Source: Callorhinchus milii (Eukaryota). Taken from it: DNA of 64,000 nucleotides. Position numbers and translations under genes: made by a program. Positions 14,077-25,312 of this stretch are shown here, one piece after another (position 1 is the first letter of the stretch; each line of letters begins with the position of its first letter). Location: NCBI RefSeq assembly GCF_018977255.1, contig NW_024704742.1, positions 137,578,001 to 137,642,000 on the forward strand, given 5' to 3'. The notes beneath the pieces are model-generated. The model ran no database searches. It was not told the origin of the DNA and saw only the letters and a program-made list of their open reading frames with translations.

Positions 14077-14517
14077 CTCCGGCCGTCATCCTGAGTCTGT
14101 CGTGTGCACAGCTGAGGGGGAACCACCGGCCAACATCACATGGATTGACCCCGAGAATAACACGCTGCCCACACGCCAGTCACACACGTACCAGACAAGC
14201 ATCTAACCGTGGGGGAGATCCGGTGCCCGAGGCTGAGGGGAACTTACCGCTGTGTAGCTGAGAACACATAGGGCAGTGACGCCCGAGACATCCTCGCACC
14301 TGGACCACAGTGTGATGGGGACAGACAGAGTGATGGAGACAGACAGAGCAATGGGGACAGACAGAGTGATGGGGACAGACAGAATGATGGAGACAGACAG
14401 AGTGATGGGGACAGATACAATGATTGCAGCTTCATTATCATGATGCTGTGGCTGATGCCAGTAGCTAAATGTTTCTTTCTGTTGGTGATCGGGATCGTTC
14501 TAGTCAGAAAACCAAAG
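14077..14517 (+). pseudogene. Gene A C2-set plus transmembrane exon, frameshifted
   Basis: Paralog of 60994-61362 with about 22-nt and 13-nt deletions (shifted frame stops at 14259-14261) and an 18-bp tandem repeat in the stalk. TM remnant FIIMMLWLMPVAKCFFLLVIGIVL. Confidence 0.85.
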
Positions 14518-15869
14518 GTTTGTTGATTACCAGAAATGAGCCCAGAGCTGGGATGGGTTTGGGTTGAGGTGAAAGAGGTCTTTACTGTTATGAAGAGGAC
14601 AGCACACCGTCCACTGAGTTGTTGGCCTCAATCTTGATTGTGAAAGAACATGTTCTGTGATGGGCAGAGTATCAATTGTGCCCGTCTCTGAAAATCCCTC
14701 CAGAAAATAATGATTAAGAAACAAAATGTTTGCCACCTTGTCAAAGGCTTCTTTAGACCCGAGCTGACTCCAAGTGAAAATCAAATTGGTCAATGCAGTG
14801 CGGCTGCCTTGGTAGCCTGGTTCCTGAGCCAGACATGTCCGCCATCCTCCAGGATGTTGCTTGATGCTGGACGAACTGGTCTGGCTCACTGGCAGAATTT
14901 GGAGGAACAGATTATTCACTGGGGCAGAGATTCAATTATGCATAAAAAAGCTCCAATGGGTGGATGGACGTAGGTGGACAAGCAGCGAGAAGCTTGAGAC
15001 AGTGTTGGCAAAGGCCAATTATTGTAGCTAGTTATATTGTAGCTGTAACCCAATGGGCCCTGAACCTGGCCAGTCAGCATAGCATGCCTCTCATGGTAGC
15101 AAGAGAGCACTCTCACCTCTGAGTCATGAGTTGTGGGTTCAAGCCCTAAATCAGGACATGGGGAGTACTTAATTGTTGGAGATGGTGTCCTTCAGATGAC
15201 TTGTTAAACAAGGTCCTATCTCCATGTCCAGTTGACTTTAAAGATCCCATCATTTTATTAGAAAAGAGAAGGGAGTTTTACTCTCCTGTTATCCTGGCTA
15301 ATAATCCCACAAATAAAATTGGTCACTCACTTTACTTCTATTTTTGGGACATTGCTGCACATGAATTGGCTTCCGTATTCACCCACAAAATACACAGTCA
15401 CTCCCATGTGGTGAGGAGACAATGCACCCAGTAGTCATTCCATGTAATACACCTGGTTCATCAAGCTCAGGATCTTGGTTTACAGTTACTGTTAATTGTG
15501 ATGCTGCTTAACAAGTATAAAATTATCAACACAGGAAATTTCCCTAAGTTGTCTCAGGACTATTAACAGAAGCCAGTTCCACTCCTGGTTCAGTTGGTAA
15601 CACACTCGCCTCTGGGACAGTAGGTCCCATGTTGGGACTTTGAGCTCATAGTCTGAGCTGATGCTCCAGTGCAATAGGAGAGGAACCACTGTATTATTGG
15701 ACGTTTCGTCTTCTGATGAGATGTAAACCAAGGTGTTGTCTACACTTGTTCGGGTGGCTGTTTGTGGAACTTTGCAATGTCCAAATTGACTACTGTGTTT
15801 GCCTACAAATTGCTGATTGTCGTCAGATTAAATTCAATCAGTCAATAATTTTCTCTTTTCCCCATACAG

Positions 15870-15937
15870 ACCAAGTGAAGATCATGCAACTCTGTTTTGC
15901 TGCTCTCTCCTTGCGTCTTACCCTTGGGGCTGAGTGA
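15870..15937 (+). pseudogene. Candidate terminal exon of gene A (DQVKIMQLCFAALSLRLTLGAE*)
   Basis: Pyrimidine-rich acceptor ttttctcttttccccatacAG, stop at 15935-15937, AATAAA at 15977-15982. A related copy lies at about 2168-2260. Confidence 0.45.
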
Positions 15938-18900
15938 CTGCTCATTGAATACCGCTACGATCTGGTACTCCGCTTCAATAAAGACAGTTTTTTCTTCAAG
16001 ATGCTGTGTAGAGGTGTCACTGCTAATCTCGGGCCATATAAAGGTATCACTGATAATATGACCAGATTAGAGGTGTTCACTGCTAATATCTACATAGAGG
16101 TGTCATTGCTAATATCAGATGAGAGAATCCGATCTCTCAAGTTAAGTTTAGGTGATTTAGGGGCTTCTGAAGCTGAGGTTTTGATCTAAGGGTTAAGCTT
16201 TGCTCTGTATATTTTCTGCTGTTTCACAATAAAGCTTATTTGCTTTGATAAACTGTGTCTGTGATTCCAACTGAACCTCCTGGGGGTTGGTGGGGGAGGG
16301 GGGGGTGGCGTTGAAGAGGTAGATTTTTTGGTATTAAATTAGAGTACAATTTACACTCAAATGATAGATAGAGAGGGAGACGACTGCTGGAGAATAGTAC
16401 AGAAAAAGGGATGGCGGAAATAAGTCAGCACAGAGACGATGTCCGAATGGACCACATGGTGATGTAGCTTGCTATGGTGCTCTTCCTACGTCACTTCCTG
16501 CAGAGTCAACAGAGGTCCCTCAGTCACACGCTATATAGTAATGTATAGAGCATCTCTTACATAGGAGAACGTCTTAAAGCTCTTCACAGATTGGGAGATA
16601 CAAGCGTGGAAAACTGCTCACTTTCCTCTCTTGATAGTCAGGCACTTTGACTGTCACTCTTAGATCATAATAGGCACAACCAGAGACGTTTTTTTAGTCA
16701 GGGTTTGAAAGTTTAGATAACTCCTGTGAGGAAGCATTAACCTGATGGAAGAGAAGATAATTGGGGTCAGAGTAGAGAGCTCCAGAGGGGGAGCAAGCAC
16801 CAGCACAGACACCATGGGCGAGAGAGAGAGCATGGAATGGGGTTAGAATAGAGAGCTCCAGTTGGGGACTGAGCACCAGCATGATAGGAGAGAATGGGCA
16901 ATTGATGCAAGTGAATGATCAGAAGCACAACATGATGGGCCCTGAGGTATCTGAGCTTTAAGTGTTAGCAGTTTATGACATGAGCGTCATTGCGTGATTC
17001 TATCCTCATCACCCTTCAGGAAGAAGGGTAGGTGGTCTTGACTGTGATTAGGAGGAGGAAAACCCTTCCCAGGGGTGGGGCATGGGGGAGTCTGCTGGCC
17101 ATTTCCAAGGCCTTGTTGCTACCTCTAGGCTGGATAACAGAGCACATTCCTGAGCCAGGCAAGTCCGCTGTATGCCCAAGAACTTGGCTTCCAACAACCT
17201 AATACCCCTCTGCCTTGCCCCCTCCCTTGCCTCCTTCAAGACCTGTCTCAAGTCCCTCTCCTCGACCGTGCCTTTGGTCACCCTACTACGCCTACCCTTC
17301 CCCCGCCCTCCACCCCTCCTGATCCCAACTACCAGCTCGCGTGTGGATCGCTGACTTTCCAGTGCCTTGGGACATCCTCCTGATGTGAAAGACGCTATAC
17401 AAATGTAATTTATTGTTGTTGTCTCACACACAGACACAAAGTCAGACATTCGGTTGCACAGCTATCTCTATATCTCTCACACACTCTCGCTCTGTCTCTC
17501 ACACACTCTCTCTCTGTCTCTCACACACTCTCTGTCTCTCTCATACTCTCTTTCTCTCACACACTCTCTCTGTTCCAGAGTGTTGAGGTAAAGATACTGA
17601 ATGCCTGACCGCCATTAATGGGAAGTGCGGGGGATCTGAATCAGGCCGGTGTCCGCTGAGTGGAGGGAGTGGACAGCCTGATATGGGTTATGAGGTTGGA
17701 GAGGTAGGGGGGAGCAAGACCATGGAGGACCCTGAATGTAAGAACGAGGATTTTGTACTCGAGGAATGGGGAGCCAGTGGAGCCGGGCAAGAATGGGTGT
17801 GATAGGTTCCCGGAGCCTGGTGCAGGAGAGGACATGAGCTGCAGAGCTCTGAGTAATCTGCAGCTTGTGGAGGGAAGAGTTTGGAAATCCAGTGAGCAGG
17901 CAGTTGTCGTAGTCAAGCCGGGACGTAATGAAAGCGTGAGATCAGGGTCTCGGGGTCCTGCAGTGAGAGGCAGTGGCAGAGGCGGGCAATGTTGCGGAGG
18001 TGTGGAAAGGCGGAATGGGTCATGGCACGAATGTTGGGTTTGAAGGATAACTGAGGGTCGAGAAGGATACAGAGGTTTTGGATTGGCTCTGTGAGGTGAA
18101 GAGTGCAGCCATGAAGGCAGAGGGTAGTGGTGAATGGAGGGAAGTATACAGTGGTGTCCCCCAGGGGTGGTATTAGGCTCACTGCTCTTTTTGATATATG
18201 TGAATGACTTGGACTTGGGTATAAAGGGAATATCGTTCTCCTTACAGAAGGTTAAGGGGAGATTTAATAGAGGTTTCCAAAATTATGAGGGGTATTGATT
18301 TGAGTAGATAGGGAGAAACTTTTTCTACTGGCAGGCGGGTCGGTAACCAGGGCACATGATTTAAGATAATTTTCAAAAGAACTAGAGGGGAAGTGAGGAC
18401 ATTTTTTTTTACACAGAGAGTTGGTATGGTCTGGAATGCATTGCCTAAAAGGGTGGTGGAAACAAATGCAATATCAACTTTTAAAAGGGGAATAGATAGG
18501 TACTTGAAAAGGAAAGAGTTGCAGGAGTATGGGGAAAGAGCGGGGAGTGGAACTGATTGGTTAACTCTTCCAAGGAGCACGATGGGCTGAATGGCCTCCT
18601 TTTGTGCTGTAATATTCTATAATTCAAAGTTCTATAGAGACCCACACACACACACACACAGACAGATGGACACATACACAGAGCATTTGTCTCGGACACA
18701 GGTTTTATTGGTGGATACATTGGAAACATTACAGTGAAAATCAACGCAGACAACGATCATTACACAGCCCGATAGAGGGAGAGAGACAAAGAGAGAGAGA
18801 GAGTGTGTGTGAGAGAGAGAGAAAGTCGAATGTCTTCCTTCTGTGCTGTAAAATTCTCTGATTCTATGATCATTTTGGTGAATCTGCGCTGTATCCCCTG

Positions 18901-19012
18901 CAAGGCTAATATATCCTCCTGAGATGAGGTGCCTAAAACTAAACACAGTCTCCAGATGGGATCTGACCAAGGCTCTATACTCGATACTAAAAAAGTTGTT
19001 CCAATGGGGGAA

Positions 19013-19498
19013 GAGCTCACTATAATGCAGTACCAGTTGTCTGATGACCTCCCGAGTTCTCTCCCGTTCCGGCTTTTCCCCACACTGGAGAAGGATGCCA
19101 ACAGCAAGCTGGTGGTGTACATGAAGTTGAGGTGCGATCTCCCCACCAAGACCCAGGCTCTCAACGTGAGGTCGGTCCCTCGAACAACAACCAGTCTCTC
19201 CCAGGGGCTGAGCAGCCCGGACCAGTCGGCGAGGCTGGAACTCGCCTCTCGGGCTGTACTGTGGCAGATCCCCAAATTCCCCGGAGGATCCCAACTCTCC
19301 GCACTCTTCAAGCTGGAGGTGGGGGGTCCGGGGGCAGCACAGATGATGGAGGTCGGACCCGCCTGTCTGAGCTTTGAGCTGCCGATGACCACCTGCTCGG
19401 GCCTCGCCATCCGATTTCTCCGTGTCTCCGGCCTCCAAGCCCCACATCGCTGGGTCAGGTACCTCACACACAGCCAGTCCTACATGGTGAGACTGTGA
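19013..19498 (+). pseudogene. AP4M1: Intronless, 5'-truncated copy of AP-4 complex subunit mu-1 (C-terminal part of the mu-homology domain)
   Basis: [23 protein letters not shown]...KLRCDL...SLSFELP..TCSGL.IRFLR...RWVRYLTHSQSYMVRL* matches the AP4M1 C-terminus (human [22 protein letters not shown]...WVRHLSHSDAYVIRI). No introns. No upstream AP4M1 exons in the window. Joined to an antisense CR1 fragment. Confidence 0.85.
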
Positions 19499-19499
19499 G

Positions 19500-19800
19500 G
19501 GGTTGGGAGGGCGGGGGGGGGGGGGGGGGGGGGCAGAGAGAGGGGGAGGGAGAGAGTAGGGGGGAAGTGGGGGAGAGAGAGAGACATAGTGGGGGGGAGG
19601 GGGGGGGGAGAGGGAGAGAGTGTGGGGGTAAGTGGGGGAGAGAGAGAGAGAGAGAGACAGAGGGGGGAGAGGGGAGAGAGAGTGGGGGAGAGAGACGGGG
19701 CAAGAGAGAGGGAGGGGGAGAGAGATAGTGTGGGGGGGGGGGGGAGAGAGGGGTGGGGAGGGGGAGAGAGAGCGCGGGGGGGTGAAGCGAGAGACAGACA
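19500..19800. repeat. Poly-G/(GA)n low-complexity tract following the AP4M1 stop codon
   Basis: Direct inspection. Confidence 0.9.
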
Positions 19801-20113
19801 GGCCCAAACCAGCCCTGTATTCCGTCCCTACTCCCCCTCCCTCCCTCCTCTCCCGTTGTCAGTGTGGTGTGGGGTGAGGGAGTTGGGCAGTGGGTGGGTG
19901 GGGAGTCCAGGGTGTGAGGCAGGGGAGGCTGGGGATCAGGGCCAGGCTGTGTGTGGGGGTCGCTGTGGGTAGTGGAGGGATTGACGGACGGTGTGAAGCC
20001 GTGAACAGAAAGGCCAGCGATGTCCCCCCCACCCCCACAGGCCGGAGACAGGACCCTCATCACATCACAGGACCACCCCCCCACCCAGGCTGTCAGTCTG
20101 TGACTGTCTGTCA

Positions 20114-20440
20114 GTGGAGTCCTGTAGCTCAGTGGTTAGAGCACTCGCTTTGGAAGCGAGAGACCTGAGTTCAATTCCAGGCAGAGGGCGAAACCTTGGG
20201 CAAGTTTCCTTACTCCACACAGAGCCTAATAATAATCCCTCCAAAACCAAAAACAATAATAAATTGGTCATTTTCAATCTACGACTGTTTGTGGGACATT
20301 GCTGTGCGCAATTGGCTGCCGCGTTCACCCACAAATATACAGTCAATTCACTTTACAGTGTGTTCTGTGAAGCGCTTTGGGACGTCCTCCCGACGTCAAA
20401 AGCGCTATATAAAATGCAAGGATTATTATTATTATTATTA
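20114..20440 (+). mobile_element. Young tRNA-derived SINE, same family as 975-1296
   Basis: tRNA-like head, conserved body, (ATT)n tail. Confidence 0.9.
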
Positions 20441-20459
20441 TACAACTTAAATATCGCTT

Positions 20460-21110
20460 GCTCACTTTTGTATCCCTTTGAGATAAAGGCTCTCTGCATC
20501 AGTGTACCAGCCTTTTGTGATTTGTGTACATGGACACCTAATTCCCTTTTGCTCCTCCACAGTTTTGAAAGTATTCTGATCTGGAATTCTTGGATCTAAA
20601 GTGGATAAACTCACACTTCCCCCACATTGAACTCTATCTGTCATAGTTCTGTCCACTCACTTAACCTGTCCATGTCCGTTTGTAACTTCCTGCCTCCATT
20701 TACATAATTTATCCCATCTCCCAATTGAAGTGTCATCTGCAAATTTGGATATATAGCCCTCTGTTCCTTCATCCACGTCATTGATATATAAATGTGAAGA
20801 GCTGAGGCCCCAATAACAATCCCTGGGGAACCCAACTTGTTACTTCCTTCTAATTAGAGAACGTACCATTACTCTCTGCCTCCCAACCAATTACCAACCC
20901 CTCTAACGTGGTTATCTCCAATTCTGTGCCCTTTCATTTTTACTATTAATCTCTGGTGTAGCACCTTATCAAATGCTTTCTGAAAGTCCACATAAATAAC
21001 ATCCAAAGGCACTCCCTTCTCCACAATGCTCGTGATCTCCTCAAAGAAGTCAACTAGATTAGTTAGATATGATCTACCCGTCACAAGCCATGTTGACTCT
21101 CCCTAATCAG
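20460..21110 (-). mobile_element. CR1-clade LINE fragment
   Basis: SYLTNLVDFFEE...YVDFQKAFDKVLHQRL. Confidence 0.8.
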
Positions 21111-21536
21111 CTCAGACCTCAGGGTGTATCTCATACCCTCCATCACAGAGAGGCTCTGAATGGAAACAACAACAAAAAAAATACATTTGTACAGCGCTTT
21201 TCACATCGGGTGTCGTCTCAAAAAATATAACAACCACAGGAAAAAATTGCACAAAACAACAAAAAGAAGTCTTCAATAAATTATGTAGCAGCATTTTGGA
21301 CAGTAGGACAACAAAAACAACTTGCATTTATATAGGGTACCTCACGCATCCCAGAGAGCTTAAAGTGCCCAGAGCTCGACGCTTGATGTCGAGGTTTTTC
21401 CAGCTGGTGGTGGTGGGGTGGGAAGTTGGTGGAGGGGAAACACGGAGACAATTACCCAGAGGCAAGACTCTGCCCTTGTTAGAACTGTAGCTTTTTCCTT
21501 CTCCAAATTGTATTTGTGCAAGTAAGATGATAGGGT

Positions 21537-21713
21537 TCATGTGGCTGCAGTCAGATGCACATCATCATCGCAATCCGAGGCACACCCTTGCAGCCGGTCA
21601 TGCTCGCGTCCCAGATTAGCCTCCCAGCACAGGAGTTTGCCAGTCACTGTGGAAGGCAGACGCTCGCTGTGTTCATCGATCAGTTCATCATTATGTCGAA
21701 TTGATGTCATCCT
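21537..21713 (-). CDS. Candidate terminal exon of gene B (58 aa, no Tyr motif)
   Basis: Acceptor ctccgtttccctttcAG. Open in phase 0 (RMTSIRHND...HLTAAT*) in non-repeat sequence. Not supported by homology. Confidence 0.35.
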   Translation of the reverse strand, partial: RMTSIRHNDELIDEHSERLPSTVTGKLLCWEANLGREHDRLQGCASDCDDDVHLTAAT

Positions 21714-23719
21714 CTGAAAGGGAAACGGAGGTGGTTTTGAGTACCTAAAATGCTAGAATTTAGATGCTGGTGAGAAAGTAATGATAATAATCCCTGCATT
21801 TGTATTGCGCCTTATCATTTCATTGAGATGTCTCCAAGCGCTTCACAGACATATACTGTAAAGTGCAGTGACTGCGTATTTTGTGCAGGAAACACGGCAG
21901 CCAATTGCGCACATCAGTGTCCCACAAACAGTCGGGAATTGAGTAATCACATTTTTTTTGAAGGAATTATTACCCGAGGAAAGTGATCCTCCAATCCACT
22001 AACAACCAGGTTCCTACTTACTGCTGGATAAACAAAGGTATGTGGAGTAAAGAAACTTGCCTAAGATTTTGCCCTGCCCTGGAAAATGACTTTCGAATAC
22101 ACTAGGGTGGCAGGACAAGAGGTCTCAGGATCGTGGTGAGGGAGGGGCAATTTTGAAGGTGGCAGGACAGGTAGATAAAGCTATTAAAAAAGCATACGGG
22201 ATACTAGGCTTCTCTTCAACCGTGCCTTCAGCTCCCCTCTCGACTCTCTACCCCCTCCTCGCTCCCTCCCTTCCCTCCCCTGACCATTTTCCCCCTGCTC
22301 GGGTACAGCGCCTTGGGACGTACTCCCGACAGGCGCTCTATAAATGCAATCCTGTTGTTGTTATAAATAGGGGCATAGAATACAAAAGTCAGGAAATTAT
22401 GATCAACTTTTATATAAAACACTGGTTAGGCCTCAGCGAGAGACTATGTTCAGTTCTGGTTCCATGATCCCTTGATACCATGACCTAACAAATATATATC
22501 CATCTCATTCTTGAAAATGTGAATGGATCCAGCATCCAGCATCCACAGCCTTTCGGAGGAGAGAAAGCAAGAGTGAAAAATCGACTCCTATTTTGTCTCC
22601 TAAATTTAAGATGATGCTCCTTGTTCTGGATTCCCCACCAGAGGAAATAGTTTCTCTGTAGCTGCCCTATCGAATCCCTTTATCATTTTAAACACCTCAG
22701 ATAGACTGTCAGCCAGACCACCGTTCTCTTTTCGAATAGTAGCTTGGTATATTTAACATCCACCTGAACAGGCAGACGGGATCTCAATTTAACGTTTCAT
22801 CTGAAGGTTGGATATATTTATATATCTTATATATAACATTATATTGGATGGATACGTATATATTGGATAGGATGGCCAGAGCGATAAGAGGGGGCTCACT
22901 CAGCACCCGCGTCCCCCCCAATCTATCCACAGGCATATCTTTAAGGGAGGGGAAAGCCTCGAGGAGGACCACAGACAGTCCGCCAAGTAGACTCAACCAG
23001 GGGCACCCGCCGACCCCCTCTTGCCCCCCTCCCAACTCGTTATCAGTGCCCGCCCACTTTCTCGTCGGGCATCTTCACCTCTGATTGGCTGATCCACTTG
23101 TCGGCCTTCAGGTGAAGACGGGCAAAGAGTGGGTGAGGCAGAGGGAATCCCTTGTGCGTGAATCCTCAAAGCACTGAGGATAGGTGAGTGGGAGTAGTGG
23201 GACAGAAAGGGAGCCATTNAGTGAGGGGTCAGGAGTGCCAACGTAAAAGCTGAGACTAGGAGCAAGGGCCCAGTGTAGGGTTGAGGGTAGAAGATGGGGC
23301 CAGGTCTAGACTGGCTCACAGGGGAGAACGGGAGGACAGACTCGCCTCTGAGTCTGCTTGATGGGATCCCAGATGTTGCAATTCCCAAATAACTTTTTAT
23401 TCCCACCCGGCCTCCCCAGGCACCAACAGCCCCTCCCCAGGCATCTGGATCACTCCTGCCCCCCGCCATCTGCCCTCTCCCCCTCCCTAGTTGTCTGGCG
23501 CCCCCAGGCCCCTGCCCCCACCACCCTCCAGCTATCAAGGCTCTCTCCCCACCTACACAGCTGCCTGGAGTCAGACCTGTCCCTTGTCCCCACATTGCAA
23601 ATCTAATTGCCCTCAATCACACAGTGTTTCTGGGGCAGACAGAGCAAAACTCGTGATTGCACCTTTATCCCCATTCAAACACATTTGTAAAAGAGACGAG
23701 AAGAGAAATGGGAACCTAC

Positions 23720-23748
23720 CGGGTGGCCCACGGTGTAACTTCCTTTAT
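23720..23748 (-). CDS. Gene B short cytoplasmic exon (DKGSYTVGHP)
   Basis: 29 nt between acceptor tctctttattcctccgacAG and donor GTAGGT. Phase 1 in, phase 0 out. Confidence 0.6.
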
Positions 23749-24949
23749 CTGTCGGAGGAATAAAGAGACACTGTAATCAACTCAGTCAATTTATTTACTA
23801 TAGACCTGAAATTCCACCAAGTCTCAGTCTGTGAGGGGTTTTGTTTTGTTTTAAAATTTATGATTGTGCATAATTGTGAATAAATTCTATATGTAGTCTA
23901 TAGTTTGGGACATGACATGTACATGCGACTGCCAGGATGTTGGAAGGCAAATTAGATGGACCTTGGTCTTCTTTTGTCTAGGAATTCTTGTGCTCTTATG
24001 TAGATGGAAGCTGGTTTCTTTATAAGAAACTGTGGAAAACACAGCTGAGACCAAGTGTAATTTCAGAATATAACACATTAAGATATCTTAAAGCTCTTCA
24101 CAAGAAACAGCAGTGGAGTTCCGTTATAAGGTGGGTCCAGCGAATCTCTATAACATTTGGCGCACAACAAGATCCCTGAATTGAACAAACAACTATTCTG
24201 GGGAGATTAATAATAATAATAATCCTTGCATCTGATGCAGTGCCTTATCACGTCATTGAGAAATCTCAAAACGCTTCACTGAATATAATGTAAAGTGGAT
24301 TAACTGTGTATTTTGTGGGCAAAACGCAGTAGCCAATTGCGCACAGCAGTGTCCACAAACAGTTGTGAATGGAGTGTACAATTTATTTTAACAAAGGGTT
24401 TACTACCGCGGAAAACAATCTGCCAATTGACTAACATACTTACTGCTAAATAAACAGAGATGGGTGGAGTAAGAAAACTTTCCAAAAGTTTCGCCCTGCC
24501 CAGGAACCGTACCTGGATCATCTCGCCTGCGAGGGAGTGCGCTAACCACTACGCTACAGGACTACACATAGTCGGCCAGACCGGGCACTGGGAGAAACTC
24601 AGTTTCTTTTCTAGTAGCACCACGGAATCTTTAAAGTCTAAACAGGGCGCTGACAGGAGCTCGGTTTAATGTCTCATCTGAAAGACAACACCTCCGACAA
24701 TCCGGTGCTCCCTCTGGCATTGCCCAGGGTTATCATCCTGGTCGGTGAGCTCAGAGTCCCTGACAACACAAGTGGTGGTGGTGGGTGGGGGGGGGGCGGT
24801 GGAAGGCAGGGGACTGAACCAACCATCTTGTGCCCCCGAGATGACAGCACGAGTCACTGAGCCAGGCTGACACAATACGGCTGAACTCTTAAACTAACTT
24901 GCGAATGGATTTGGGACCAAGCAAGAGAAAGTCGATGGCAATAACCCAC

Positions 24950-25312
24950 CTTTCTTCGCCCTCCAGATGAAGACTCCAACCGCGAGGAGAATGATCAGAA
25001 GGACTGTAGAGACACAGATGATGACCAAGAGTAATTCAAAGCTCAGCATCACCTCGTTGCCTTGGTAATAGACGGAGCGGGATGTGGTACCCAGCTGGTT
25101 AGTGACTGTGCAGGTATAGTTACCGGTGACCTGCGGATTGTGCGCCCAGCTCTCGATCCGGTAGTGGTCCAGTATGCGAGTGACGGAGGTCTGGTTGCCT
25201 CTGGGGTTGGTCCAAGTAATAGTGGGTCTAGGATTGCCCTCCGCGGTGCATGTCAGGATCTGGTGAGTCTGGTTCACTCTGTGCTGCGTCAGGTTCAGGA
25301 TCTCGGGCTGAC
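24950..25312 (-). CDS. Gene B C2-set plus uncharged transmembrane exon
   Basis: 363 nt, open, phase 1-1: LTCTAEGNPRPTITW...GNYTCTVTNQLG then LLLVIICVSTVLLIILLAVGVFIW-RAKK. Acceptor cttcctgtcccggtgccAG, donor GTGGGT. Confidence 0.9.

Noticed and set aside
19013-19498. The functional parental AP4M1 locus
   Set aside because: No upstream AP4M1 exons in 19 kb, no pyrimidine tract before the homology start, and a direct junction to CR1.
18632-20084. 391-, 235- and 206-aa minus-strand ORFs
   Set aside because: Antisense read-through of low-complexity DNA, the AP4M1 copy and a CR1 fragment. No independent domain signal.
20114-20190. tRNA gene-like sequences (also ~1220-1296, ~29890-29963, ~58200-58270)
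   Set aside because: They are SINE heads that continue into the SINE body and tail, with no proper acceptor stem or terminator.
23720-23748. ITIM in the gene B tail
   Set aside because: GSYTVG does not fit (I/V/L/S)xYxx(L/V), so an inhibitory function is not claimed.
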